A DNA stretch of 64,000 nucleotides from Macrostomum lignano. Its lineage: Eukaryota. Each line of letters begins with the position of its first letter. Position 1 is the first letter of the stretch. The stretch lies in NCBI GenBank assembly GCA_002269645.1, contig NIVC01000126.1:186001-250000 (forward strand). Reading direction: 5' to 3'. The notes below the pieces were generated by a model, which made no database searches, was not told where the DNA came from, and saw only the letters and a program-made list of their open reading frames with translations. This document shows positions 31,996 through 45,330 of the stretch, in pieces. Position numbers and translations under genes: made by a program.

Positions 31996-32756
31996 CGAGA
32001 GAATAACTGACTCAAATGACTAAACGACCAGAATGTATGCACTCAATCAGACCGTAATTTCTGAACACTAAATGACAAAAATTTACAGCAGACATATCGA
32101 GCCAGACTATAACTTATGAACAGAAGAGACATATTCAATACGTTGTAATTAAACAAACATTTTAATACGTATTAGGACAGGTAAGTGGCAGGCAAGCGGC
32201 AATGAATACACATGGCGAACACAGGACAGACCCGTACACTTCTGAAGCATGTTTATGCCAAAGTCAAAAGCAGAAACCAACGCTTGAACTTGGTCATTTT
32301 CAAGCGGCATAGCTGGTCAAGGTTAAAGGAAGTTAAATCGGGCAACAAAATTCAAGGCTGCAAGCTTGAAACTAAGCAGGCTTTGACTAACCAAGGCAAG
32401 GATTGAAGGTTTATGCTACAAAATCAGATGGATTAATTACCTTGTGTGGCTAATTATCTTCTTACTGGTTCTAAGTTGGTTTTCATTTCAAGGATTTTAT
32501 GAAATTCACAGATTCGTTAGATAGAGAATCAACTGCGTACCAAACTTTCCCGATCGTTGAACCGAAATAAATTGTTTTTTTTTTGGTAATTAATCATGAG
32601 GTACTCCGATTTTAAAAATGCGATTACTACATGTATATGGAACATTTTACGCACTAAATGATTTGTATCGAAAATAATTACACTATTAAATACAGTTTCT
32701 TTAGAGTTCGTTAAGCACTGTGCGGTGAGGAAAACTCAAAGGTTTTCCTTCAGATC

Positions 32757-34790
32757 CTCTGCCCCAATCCTACAGATGGCGCCACAATCGGCCCCAGTCC
32801 TACAGATGGCGCCACAATCAGCCCCAGTCCTACAGATGGCGCCACTATCAGCCCCAGTCCTACAGATGGCGCCACTATCAGCCCCAGTCCTACAGATGGC
32901 GCCACAATCAGCCCCAATCCTACAGATGGCGCCACAATCAGCCCCAGTCCTACAGATGGCGCCACTATCAGCCCCAGTCCTACAGATGGCGCCACAATCA
33001 GCCCCAGTCCTACAGATGGCGCCACTATCAGCCCCAGTCCTACAGATGGCGCCACAATCAGCCCCAGTCCTACAGATGGCGCCACTATGAGCCCCAGTCC
33101 TACAGATGGCGCCACTATCAGCCCCAGTCCTACAGATGGCGCCACTAATCAGCCCCAGTCCTACAGATGGCGCCACAATCAGCCCCAGTCCTACAGATTG
33201 GCTCCACTATCAGCCAAAGTCCTACAGATGGCGCCACAATCAGCCCCAGTCCAACAGATAGCGCCACTATCAGCCCCAGTCCTACAGATAGCGCCACTAG
33301 CAGCCCCAGTCCTACAGATAGCGCCACTATCAGCCCCAGTCCTACAGATGGCGCCACTAATCAGCCCCAGTCCTACAGATGGCGCCACAATCAGCCCCAG
33401 TCCTACAGATGGCGCCACTATCAGCCCCAGTCCTACAGATGGCGCCACTATCAGCCCCAGTCCTACAGATGGCGCCACAATCAGCCCCAATCCTACAGAT
33501 GGCGCCACAATCAGCCCCAGTCCTACAGATGGCGCCACTATCAGCCCCAGTCCTACAGATGGCGCCACAATCAGCCCCAGTCCTACAGATGGCGCCACTA
33601 TGAGCCCCAGTCGTACAGATGGCGCCACTAATCAGCCCCAGTCCTACAGATGGCGCCACAATCAGCCCCAGTCCTACAGATTGGCTCCACTATCAGCCAA
33701 AGTCCTATGAGCCCCAGTCCTACAGATGGCGCCACTATCAGCCCCAGTCCTACAGATAGCGCCACTAGCAGCCCCAGTCCTACAGATAGCGCCACTATCA
33801 GCCCCAGTCCTACAGATGGCGCCACAATCAGCCCCAGTCCTACAGATGGCGCCACTATCAGCCCCAGTCCTACAGATGGCGCCACTATCAGCCCCAGTCC
33901 TACAGATGGCGCCACTATCAGCCCAAGTCCTACAGATGGCGCCACTAATCAGCCCCAGTCCTACAGATGGCGCCAATATCAGCCCCAGTCCTACAGATGG
34001 CGCCACTATCAGCCCCAGTCCTACAGATGGCGCCACTATCAGCCCCAGTCCTACAGATAGCGCCACTATCAGCCCCAGTCCTACAGATGGCGCCACTATC
34101 AGCCCAAGTCCTACAGATGGCGCCACTAATCAGCCCCAGTCCTACAGATGGCGCCAATATCAGCCCCAGTCCTACAGATGGCGCCACTATCAGCCCCAGT
34201 CCTACAGATGGCGCCACTATCAGCCCTAGTCCTACAGATGGCGCCACTAATCAGCCCCAGTCCTACAGATGGCGCCAATATCAGCCCCAGTCCTATAGAT
34301 GGCGCCACAATCAGCCCCAGTCCTATAGATGGCGCCACAATCAGCCCCAGTCCTACAGATGGCGCCACTATCAGCCCCAGTCCTACAGATAGCGCCACTA
34401 TCAGCCCCAGTCCTACAAATGGCGCCACTATCAGCCCCAGTCCTACAGATGGCGCCACTATCAGCCCAAGTCCTACAGATGGCGCCACTAATTAGCCCCA
34501 GTCCTACAGATGGCGCCAATATCAGCCCCAGTCTCACAGATAGCGCCACTATCAGCCCCAGTCCTACAGATGGCGCCACAATCAGCCCCAGTCCTACAGA
34601 TGGCGCCACTATCAGCCCCAGTCCTACAGATAGCGCCACTATCAGCCCCAGTCCTACAGATGGCGCCACTATCAGCCCCAGTCCTACAGATGGCGCCACA
34701 ATCAGCCCCAGTCCTACAGATGGCGCCACTAATCAGCCCCAGTCCTACAGATGGCGCCACTATCAGCCCCAGTCCTACAGATGGCGCCGC
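32757..34790. repeat. 30-bp minisatellite, about 68 units, with periodic 1-nt insertions
   Basis: Unit atcagccccagtcctacagatggcgccact; recurring taatcag (+1) units shift the spurious ORF frames. Confidence 0.97.
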
Positions 34791-35694
34791 TCTAGGCCAC
34801 TCAACACTTTTGCACATATTTTCAAATATTTGATTAACCTCAGCTTACTAGGACTAAAAAGTCGCAAATTCAGTCGAAGTAAAGCAAATAGAAACTCATG
34901 CCATCTACACTATATTTACTAGTTAATAAAATCTGTCGCGCAATAACAACTCTGACGCCCTAATAGTTGGCAGGCAAGACAGACAGTTGTCGGTGAGATT
35001 ATTAAGCAAAGCGGTGGATCGACTTTCCTAACCAAACCAGCCGATGGAGAGGAAGGAAGAGCGACAGACAGACAGATAGACAGAGAAGGGCGAGTCAGAG
35101 AGCTGAGTTCGCGGGCCTCGTGCACACAGTCTCCGGGCTGACAGATAGTGGATGTGGACTGTGGAGTGGATGCACAGCAGACATTCTGTGTGTACACGAC
35201 TATTGATCATTTCTACTCTTCCCCGCAATGTGTCTGCGTCTGTCAGCCTGTTCTCTACTCTCGCTTGTGTACTTTTAATCAGTCTCTCTCGCTCTTGCTC
35301 TGTCTCGGTGTAATAAATATATTTTAATGAGCAGTAAAGCCGGTCAGACAGTTTAAAGGGAGTTTTACTACTCACCAATTTATAGCAGTATAAATAGATT
35401 AGATATATAACCATACAGTTTTAGGTTTACGATGCGTAATTAATCATTGATAGTAACTATACTTATAATACACCATGACCAACCGGCTTTGCAATGGTAA
35501 TCTTTAGTTGCATAGTCTGTCAATATTAACCATGCATACCGCATTAAATTATTTAAAAAGCTTTCAGATTCGCATTAAAGTTAATTTTCTATACGGTGAA
35601 AAAATATCCTGGAATAGATTAGTTCCTAATTGCTCACAGAGAAGGCAACTAATTTATTATATGGAGGATACTATAGTCCTTTTTATTAGATGCA

Positions 35695-36044
35695 GGGGCT
35701 GTGTGTGCACCCTGGCGCACTTTAAGCGACATTGTCACATAACCAGTGAGACGCATTGCGCTGAGCAATCACGCCGAAAGGACTCCCCTGAGCAGGCACA
35801 CAAGCGCGCCATGCGTACGCAGTCACACGCACAGGCACACACTCACACAGGAGTGTACAGCGGCCCTAACTTTTTTATCGTTAGGCATGTGCACTTCACT
35901 GTGCCTTGGGGGTTGGCCCTCAAGCTGGGTGTTAATTGCACAAGCAGAGCCAAGCCGAGATTACCAATTTAGCTTCAAATTTGTGACTGCACTGGAATCG
36001 AGCCTGGACCGCTAGCACATGATAGACCACTGGGCTACGGCCCC
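35695..36044 (-). mobile_element. tRNA-derived SINE (family A), apparently full length, about 350 bp
   Basis: Minus-strand head ggggccgtagcccagtgg (A box) ... ggctcgattcc (B-box-like); body shared with three other copies in the window. Confidence 0.85.
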
Positions 36045-36164
36045 CAAAGCTTGAGTCTTAGTAATTGACGTTTTTCCTAGAATATCGAATTGAATAATTG
36101 AGTCATTATCCCATGGATACTTTGAGTCTTTAAATATTTGAATCGTTAAGTAATTCATTAATCG

Positions 36165-36350
36165 GAGTCACTGAGTCACTGAATAACTGAGTCATTGGCT
36201 TATTGAACCATTGAGTCCCTAAATCATTGAGTTATTGAATCATTGAGTTATTGAATCATTGAGTTATTGAATCATTGAGTCATTAAATCATTGAGTCATT
36301 GAATCGTTGAGTCACTGAACTATTGAGTCATTGAATCGTCAAATCATCGA
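36165..36350. repeat. Inverted copy of the 8/16-bp repeat (cattgagt cattgaat)n
   Basis: Reverse complement of the 31.1-32.0 kb array. Confidence 0.85.
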
Positions 36351-39300
36351 GTTAGTTAATTATTGTGCTCTTCAATTGAGTCGTTAGTCTCCAGATCAAT
36401 AAAGCGCAAATGAGACTTTGTTAGTTTACAAAAATAATGTAACTCATAGTATGAGCTATTGAGCCTCGCAGATTCCGAACGAATTGACAGGCATTGAGTA
36501 TCTAAGCTTAAAAACTCTTTTCACCAGGCTAAAACTTGCGTTCATAATTTTAACTTTCTCCGCCTGGAAGACTACAGGCAAAAAGGGAAAAGGCCACGCC
36601 ACGTGAAAGCATAAAAGGAAAGAGAAATGCGCGCAAATATTTTCTTCCTTTTTTGAAAAAGCCAGCTGACTGACTGTTTTGGGGATTTCGGTAAGCGCGG
36701 GGCGCAATGAATCATGGGGTAAAGAATGAACGGTTTGGCTTAGCTTAGGCCATGGAGGCCCGAAACTACAACATGGAGTAACCCCTTAATTACCCTAACT
36801 CTTCATTTTCAAACAACTTATTAAGACTGTATTAACTGTAGTTTTGTTTTCAGTTTAACTTACACGATTCTCTGTGTACAAGCATGGTAAAAATTGGTAT
36901 ATATTGGTATAAAAGACGGGGGGTGCCCACCTAAGATACAAGGGCGCCAACCTAAAGACGGGGTGCCCACCTAAGAGACAGGTGTCCCAACCAAGAAGTG
37001 CCAATAAGCCGACAGTTGACTGGAAATAGCAAGTTTTTGTAATGCTTTGGAAAATAGTTGTCACTCCAAGCTCTAGTCTCTAGTTCTCCTCGGTTAAGCT
37101 TAAAAGCTGCGACTGCAACGAGGGGGAAGAGAGAGATGAACTAGGGCCTGGGGGGTCGCTTTGAAGAGCGTTAGTCTTGCTCCGTCCTTACTTAATTCTC
37201 CCCTCCTTGCCCTGCCCCCCCCCCAACGCAGCCTAATGCAAAGCCGAACACAAACCCCCCGACCGGACCGCCGCCCAAATTTTTTTCTTCCCCATCCCCC
37301 TCCCCTTTCCCGCCTTGAGCTTCTAGCCCTAGTAGCATATTATACAGGCATAGCCCAGTATAAGCATCAGCAGCGGCCTTATAACATTGCCTGCCTGTTC
37401 GACTCCTTCTCTTGCTGTATACACAGCACAGCCCCGACCAACCCCCCCTCCCAGCCAATCCTGGGCGTCACACGCCAGTAACCAAATTTAGACACCCAAG
37501 GGGGGGGGCAGAAGAGCCAACCAAAACCCAATTTCCTTCCTCTGGCCATAGCAGGACTGCAGACAACACAGGAGATAGGCAGACAGGGTGGGGAATGCAA
37601 GAGGATACACAGCTTTAGATGGCCAGCCCTGCCCCACCCTCCTAGCCAGACATTCCAATTCTAATTATGCAAATGAGTCACTTGCATGCACATTGAACTA
37701 TAGTTAGGGAGTCCAGTTAGAATTTTACTGCATTACTATTTTCTGGCATATGCATCATACATTATTAAATTAGAAATCAACAATCTTATGCCCAAACAAG
37801 ATACTTACCAGATTTGTTGCACATCTGTTCACTAGGATTGCCAGCCAAAAGTTGATGAAGCTGAGTATTGGCATTGGCATTGGCCAAATGGTCCCAAGAT
37901 TTTATACCTGTAAATGATAATATTTATAAGAAAGTTAAGCAATTTAATAAATAAAAATTTTTTTAAAATAATAAATGAAACTCATATTGGCTTACATAAA
38001 GACTTCAAATATACTAAGTAACATGATTCAAAAAATAAAAAAAAGATAAAGTTTTTTAATATAAGCCTAGCCTAGTTTTTAGAAAAAAAATCGAAAGAAA
38101 CAATAGCTTAAAAGTATTAATAAAATTATATAAGCTATAGAAACCAACTCTGCTAAAAAAAGAGAAACAATAACAAAAATTGACTTAGGCCTATTAATAA
38201 CTGGAATAGGCCTACCATTTTTTATTATTGTTTGTATTTTTCTAATAGTTATATTTACAAATAACAAATTTAATACTAGGCCTAATCAAAGTTTAAAAAT
38301 ATTATATATAACATATTGGAAATTATAACCTAAACATGAATTAGTAAAGCAACTAGAATTTTGAAAGCAAAAAAGGTAATTTTTTAAGGTTACCTATTTA
38401 TTATAATACCATGAATATATTAACTAGATGATATGTCAAATATTTCATACTTCATAGGCTAAAGATATCTATAGACCTAGTAATGTTTAGACATTGGCTG
38501 TGATTAAAAATAATTTATTAAAACTGTTTTAAGAATAGAAAAAAACAATGACACAAAGATTTACTTGATAGTGTTGGCTTAGAATAAAGATCAAAGGGCC
38601 AATTTAAAACCAGATTAAAGCCAAAGGCATTTAAATCCTAATTAAAGCCAAAGCAAAATCATTTTATGACTTCAATTGATTACAAGCCTACAAAATGCCT
38701 TTAGCTAAGCATAAGCAAGCATTCAACATGAATAAAAAGCAACCTATTATTCAGTTCGTACTTACCCGCAGTTAACATCTTTGAAAAATGATTTGCATCC
38801 TCAGAATTAAGATTACTGCATGGCCCAACAACAACAATGCAAACTGCTGATGAAGCCATAATAACTTTACTGCGACCTCTAACAAAATTGATTTATGTAA
38901 AATCAATAAAGTATTTCAAAATTGTATAAGAAGTAGCGTTTTACAATACGAACAGATACTGCTGGGCTGGCGGGCTTGCTATGATTTTGTAGACATACGG
39001 CGCGCCGATCATATTAACAGCGTGCATGCAATGGGTGGAAATTTAAAGTTGCGCGAAGTCACTCAGTGTAAAGTGAAACAAAAAACACCTTACATTGCAA
39101 CAGAGCGTGCGACTAATTTTATTTAAGCATCTCTAGTAACTTTAATTGAAACATTAAGTTATTTTTTAAGTTCTAATATGGTTAAATATATATCTTAAGA
39201 AAAAAATCGAAAAAACTGCTGCACAAGAGTTTTATTAATTTTTCGTCTCCAGCTCATCGAAATTTTTACCACAAAAAGCATTAGAAAAATATAATGTATA

Positions 39301-40924
39301 ACAACAAAATTAAAACTGAAGAAATTATTTTTTCTTTTTTATACTGGAGCTGACCTTTAATGAGATGAGTATTCGGTGTGAGCCAACCATGTTAACCAGC
39401 ACGAAATATTCCGGTTCTAAATTTCTGCTTGAGAACAAGAAATACGCTCGTATATATTGCATCTGATTGCTAGATTGTTTCTTAAGGTAAAACTGAAATG
39501 CATTAGATAGAATATGCAGCCAACTAAATTCCAAGAACACATACACATTTAATTATAATTAGTTAAATTATAATTTAAATGCCGAATTCGCACTGTATAT
39601 AAAACTGTTTATGTACGATGTAGCGCTTCATATAAAATAATTCAGGCGTTAATGATAGATAAACATTTAAGTAAATGGAAGAGTAGAGTTTTTATTCAGT
39701 ATAATTTACACATGTACGAGAAACAATAGACACAATTACATTTATGCAATTAAATTTTGCATAGTTAATTACAAGCATTTATATCACGATTGTAATCTTC
39801 AAGAACTTCGTTTAATATGATCGTACAGAGCAGAATTAGCTACTTCTTCAATATCACTGAGACGGACAGTGAGATCGGGAACAGTCGCCAGATGATAATA
39901 AACAACTATTTGGTTATTTCTTCTTGAGCAGAAGCGGAAGAAACCGAAAAGCAAGACACTTGGCAATTCTGTTAGTTAATAAAAGTGAAGCAAAAAATAG
40001 CCAATTAATTGGGGATACTAAACCGATTGCTTAAAACAAGGGATTGGGAGAGCCAATATGAGATTGGTATTGCCAATGTATAATATTATATGTGCTAGCA
40101 AAACAGATTATTTATTTTGTGCCAAAGCCTTAAAGTTGAACATAAACTATGAGAAGAGTCGAGAGCTTCGATAAAAGTTCACAAATATAATTCTAAAAAA
40201 AATTGATATTTATGATTATTTATGTAACAAATACTGAATAATCTCGATGCATTATTATTAATTAGAATTAATAGACGAAAAATGATTCACGCGGGAAGGC
40301 TGGGAAAACGCGGATAAAATAGAAATTGCATACTAACGATACACACGAGCCTGTGCTATACTACTTTCAGACCTATTTATAGTGAACTATAAAAAGATAG
40401 AGACAACTTATTTTTAGTATATAGAATGTACAAAAATGTTTATTAATTTCACTATTTGACGGTGATATAATCATATAATCAACTAATTTTTTGAAAAAAT
40501 AACTTGATTGCTTAAAGAAAGAAATTGTCAATAATTCATTATTTAATTTAACAAGGTAATAAATCAATCATATGATTTATTATACAAGTAGAAAACGAAA
40601 CACAAGGAATCACAACAATAGTATAGTACACATATTAATCAGACGTAACAAATTAGCAATAGAAAGCGCTTAGAAAACACTGATTATATAAAGCACACAA
40701 AATAACAATGTCATTTGCACCGAAAACAAGTGAATAGATAATAATTCCTTACGAATTAATTTCAGCTATTAAAATACGCTCGTAGATACGGCAACATAGA
40801 CAAATAATTATTAGACCTTAGTGAATTAATCATTCAAATTTGAAGAAATACAAACTTACTAAGTTAATATCATGAAAATAAATTAAGGCATCTGGAGGTC
40901 ACCCAAGGTTCACATGGGCGTAGC

Positions 40925-41515
40925 TCGACTTGGGGATCACTTCAATGATGAGCTGGACCCACGGGTCACTCCAAGGATGAGCCCCAGATGGGTCACTCCA
41001 AGGATAAGCCCCAGATGGGTCACTCCAAGGATAAGCTGGACCCACTGGTCATTTCAAGTATAAGCTCCAGATGGGTCACTCCAAGGATAAGCTGGACCCA
41101 CGGGTCTTTCCAAAGGATAAGCTCCAGATGGGTCACTCCAAGGATAAGCTCCAGATGGGTCACTCCAAGGATAAGCCCCAGATGGGTCACTCCAAGGATA
41201 AGCCCCAGATGGGTCACTCCAAGGACAAGCCCCAGATGGGTCACTCCAAGGATAAGCTTTAGATGGGTCACTCCAACTATAAGCTCCAGATGGGTCACTC
41301 CAAGGATAAGCTCCAGATGGGTCACTCTAATGATAAGCTCCAGATGGGTCACTCCAAGGATAAGCTCCAGATGGGTCACTCCAAGGATAAGCTCCAGATG
41401 GGTCACTCCAAAGATAAGCTCCAGATGGGGGGTCACTCCAAGGATAAGCTCCAGATGGGTCACTCCAAGGATAAGCTCGATCCACGGGTCACTCCAAAGA
41501 CAAGCTCGACCCACC
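40925..41515. repeat. 27-bp minisatellite downstream of the TAB2/3 stop codon
   Basis: Unit gggtcactccaaggataagctccagat, about 20 copies. Confidence 0.95.
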
Positions 41516-41563
41516 ATAAGTCACCAGGAATTATTGGTCATCAAGCAGAACTCAACAAGGAGC

Positions 41564-42154
41564 CTAGAGCGGCTGCTCTCCAACTCGCTGCTGCCCCTGC
41601 TGCTGACTGGAGCCGTCGCCACTGTCGGCACCGGATCGGCAGACGCAACCGTCGCCGATACAGAACGGATGACCGCCAACGAAGGCCGGCGCCTTTGGCG
41701 TGTTGCACATTTCGCACTCTTTCAAATCCGGATGATTTTCGAATGTGCACTTGTGGCATTGCCAAGTAGAGGCGGCGCCTGCACCGGCGGCTGCGGAATC
41801 GTCCTCGGCTATGGACTGGTGCTGCCTGACCTGCAGCGGGTGTTGCGACGGCACCACCGGGGTCTGCGGAGCCGAGCGAGCCATGTCGGCTGCGGGTGCA
41901 GCGGCAACGTGTGGAGTTTTGTTGAATAAACTGGTGTCTGTCTGCCTGTCTGCCTGTCTGTCTGTCTGTCTCTCTGTCTGTCTGTCTGTCTGCCTGTCTG
42001 TCTGTCTCTCTGCCTGTCTGTCTGTCTGCCTGTCTGTCTGTCTCTCTGTCTCTCTGCCTGTCTGTCTGTCTGTCTGTCTCTCTGTCTGTCTGTCTGTCTG
42101 CCTGTCTGTCTGTCTCTCTGCCTGTCTGTCTGTCTGTCTGTCTGTGTCTATCTA

Positions 42155-42201
<47 letters not shown>

Positions 42202-42214
42202 TTCTGTCTGTCTA

Positions 42215-42253
<39 letters not shown>

Positions 42254-44102
42254 CTATGTCTGTCTGTCTGTCTCACCCGGTTGCTGTCTGGTGCGGTGCT
42301 GAGGCCCAGCCGGGCTGGACACCTGGTGCAGGTACCGGTGCTGATGCTGATGCTGCAGCCGCTCACTGGTAGCGGGCGAATTCCCGGCAGCAGTTGAAGA
42401 GGCATTCGATGACACTGACGAGAGGGAAGTCAACGACGGCTGCTGCTGGAGTCGTGGAGGAGGCAGGGGAGGCGGCTGTTGCTGCTGGGCTGCAGAGGTC
42501 GCAGGATGAAGACTGGGCGGCGGCGGACACGAACGACGCAGCTCGTAGCGCAGTTCGTTGACCAGAACGTCGAAGCAGCAGTCGCTGTTGATGCCGGCGG
42601 CGTGCCTGTCCCGATTCCGATGGCAGGTCTGCAGCGCTTGGAGCAGGTCGCGCATGTTGGATAGATCCAACTGCAGCTTGGCCAGCTGCTGACCGGATGT
42701 CCGGCGCTGGCACTGCAGATGATGAAGCCGCTTTTGTTGGAGGCTCACTGAAAACAGGGACAATGTGGGAGAATGCTGGGAATTAAGTAGTTGCTCAGTC
42801 TGAGGATCTGGGAATCAAGTAGTTGCTCAGTCTGAGGATCTGGGAATTAAGTAGTTGCTCAGCCTGAGGATCTGGGAATTTAAGTAGTTCTCACTACTAA
42901 ACTCACAATGCGCAGTCTCCGGGGATGTTGGGCAGGCAGCAAAAGAAGGCGCAGGCGACCTAGCAGAATGAGACGAAGTCGGCGGAGGCGGCTGGTGAGG
43001 AGGCACAGGTCTCAGAGGAGAACTACTGTTACTAGTTAACGGGCTGTGAGGCTGCAAATAGCGCTGCATTTCCGTATCGTGTGGCAAATTTTCTGTGTCT
43101 AAACTGAGAAGACCGTCGCCGCTGCCTCGGTCTCCGCTTTGGCTCAATAAATTTGGCTGACTGCTTGGAGGCCACCGAGGCATGCCGCCGCCGCCGCCTC
43201 CGCCGCCATTCGGAATGCGTAAAGCGACTCGACAGGCTTCAAGACCGATGCCGCTCTGCCAGTTTGAGTAGTAAAGATAGGATCTTTAGTAGGGGCAGAG
43301 CTTTGGTGTACTTATACTCGTAGTATTGTGCTCAGATTTTATTTACAACTAGTCTTATATGGGGATTAAAGTGACATAATCTCGGACACTAATTATAGTG
43401 ACATAATCTCGGACACCAATTATAGTGACATAATCTCGGACACCAATTATAGTGACTAATCTCGGACACCAATTATAGTGACATAATCTCGGACACCAAT
43501 TATAGTGACATAATCTCGGACACCAATTATAGTGATATAATCTCGGACACCAATTATAGTGACACAATCTCGGACACTAATTATAGTGACATAATCTCGG
43601 ACACCAATTATAGTGGCATAATCTCGGACACTAATTATAGTGACATAATCTCGGACACCGATTATAGTGGCATAATCTCGGGCACCCAAAAGCCGTGTCC
43701 AAAGCTCGGTCACCTTTTCACGGATCTCGGACACTCCAAAGCGATACAATCGCGGACACTCCAAAGCGATACAATCGCGGACACTCCAAAGCAAAACAAT
43801 CTCAGACAACGCAAAGCAATACAATCTCGGACACCTTAAAGCGATACAGTCTAGAACAATTCAAATTCGGACACTCTAAAGTGACCCTAACGCCTCATAA
43901 AAAGCAAGCCGATACTAGCTAATCTCGGGCGCCTAAATTATCAAATCTAAGCATACAAACACACCTACCACCTTAATTATCTCAATAGTTAACGAAAGGC
44001 AAAGTAAATTTTTACAGTAATCACCTGCAACAGATTGCGAATCAGATCTGGGCTGGCGTGAGGAAACTCCACTCTCAACCGCTGCTCTGTCGAACTGTCC
44101 AT
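41564..44102 (-). CDS. TAB2: TAB2/TAB3-like TAK1 adaptor (CUE, coiled coil, NZF zinc finger), about 407 aa. Exons 44102-44025, 43255-42907, 42747-42277, 41889-41564
   Basis: Spliced N-terminus [32 protein letters not shown] is CUE-like. Coiled coil [56 protein letters not shown] carries the TAB-type TF-x-NHP. Introns are phase-consistent. Confidence 0.8.
41935..42272. repeat. (TCTG)n microsatellite, TAB2 intron 3
   Basis: Direct repetition. Confidence 0.95.
43360..43690. repeat. 27-bp minisatellite in TAB2 intron 1, followed by degenerate aatc(t/g)cggacac motifs to about 43880
   Basis: Unit ataatctcggacaccaattatagtgac, about 12 copies. Confidence 0.92.
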
Positions 44103-44894
44103 GAGTTAAGATTTCACTTTACTCTTTCGAATTGAATTGGAATATTCTGTACCAGAGATGAAAAGTACAACTCGATACTTAATATGGCTCTTTTGTGTCA
44201 ACTCATGGCTGGAATGGTAGGGGTACAAGACGAGATATTCAAGTAGAATAATACTACCTTAGGTAGCATTCAAGGTTAAATTAATGACTAATCGATTTAT
44301 TTTTTAAATAAAATCAAACTTTATCTACTATAAGTAGTATTCTATTAAAAAACAAAGCAGAAAAGGCAAAAAATCGTTAATAAATGGAACGTGAATGAGT
44401 ATATTTCTGACTGATCTTGGAAAATTCAAAGTCAAGAGGGAATGTTAAATTTAGTAAAATTTTGATAAATAAATAATTTAAAAAACATTGCTTTTTTAGT
44501 AAAAAACAATTGCACAAAAATTAACAGCATGGAGGCGAAAAATGAAATAAACTCGATATGTTGATTCGTTGTCATGGAAGCTAATGACGTGTAACTTACA
44601 TACAAAATTGATTAAAAAAAGCGTCGAAAAAAGGGAAGCACCTACCGATATGTAGCGATGAAATACAATAAAGCACTAATTCGTTCATCGATTCAGTGTC
44701 ATATATGAAAAATCACAATTATCCCTCCCGACCGATATGTAGTGTAAAAAACTTTACAGACCACAAATTTATTACCGACAAACGACAATATTGCGGATAA
44801 TATGAATTCGCACCAGCCCAATGACCGATTTGTAGCGCAAAAAACATTGTAAAGAACAAATTATCAAACTCTAAGTCTGCCCGACTTTGCGTGT

Positions 44895-45295
44895 TCATCT
44901 GTCAGTGTCTGTTTGTCTGTCTGTCTGTCTGCCTGTCTGCCTGTCTGTCTTAGTGTCTGTCTGTCTTAGTATCTGTCTATCTGTCTGTCTTAGTGTTTGT
45001 CTGTCTGTCTGTCTTAGTGTCTGTCTGCCTGTCTGTCTTAGTGTTTGTCTGTCTGTCTGTCTTAGTGTCTGTCTGCCTGTCTGTCTTAGTGTTTGTCTGT
45101 CTGCCTGTCTTAGTATCTGTCTGCCTGTCTGTCTTAGTGTCTGCCTGTCTTAGTGTTTGTCTGTCTGTCTGTCTTAGTATCTGTCTGTCCGTCTGTCTTA
45201 GTGTCTGTCTGTCTTAGTATCTGTCTGTCTGTCTGTCTTAGTATCTGTCTGTCTGTCTTCTTAGTGTCTGTCTATCTGTCTTAAAGTCGGTCTGT
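44895..45295. repeat. (TGTC)n-rich repeat with ttagtg interruptions, between the RhoGAP stop and the TAB2 start
   Basis: Direct repetition. Confidence 0.92.
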
Positions 45296-45330
45296 CTGAC
45301 ACTATACAGCACAATAGATCAGCAGAAGAG

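Noticed and set aside
37130-37700. G/C homopolymer tracts and adjacent ATGCAAAT plus TGAGTCA motifs
   Set aside because: No gene start or element boundaries could be tied to them, and such short motifs are expected by chance.
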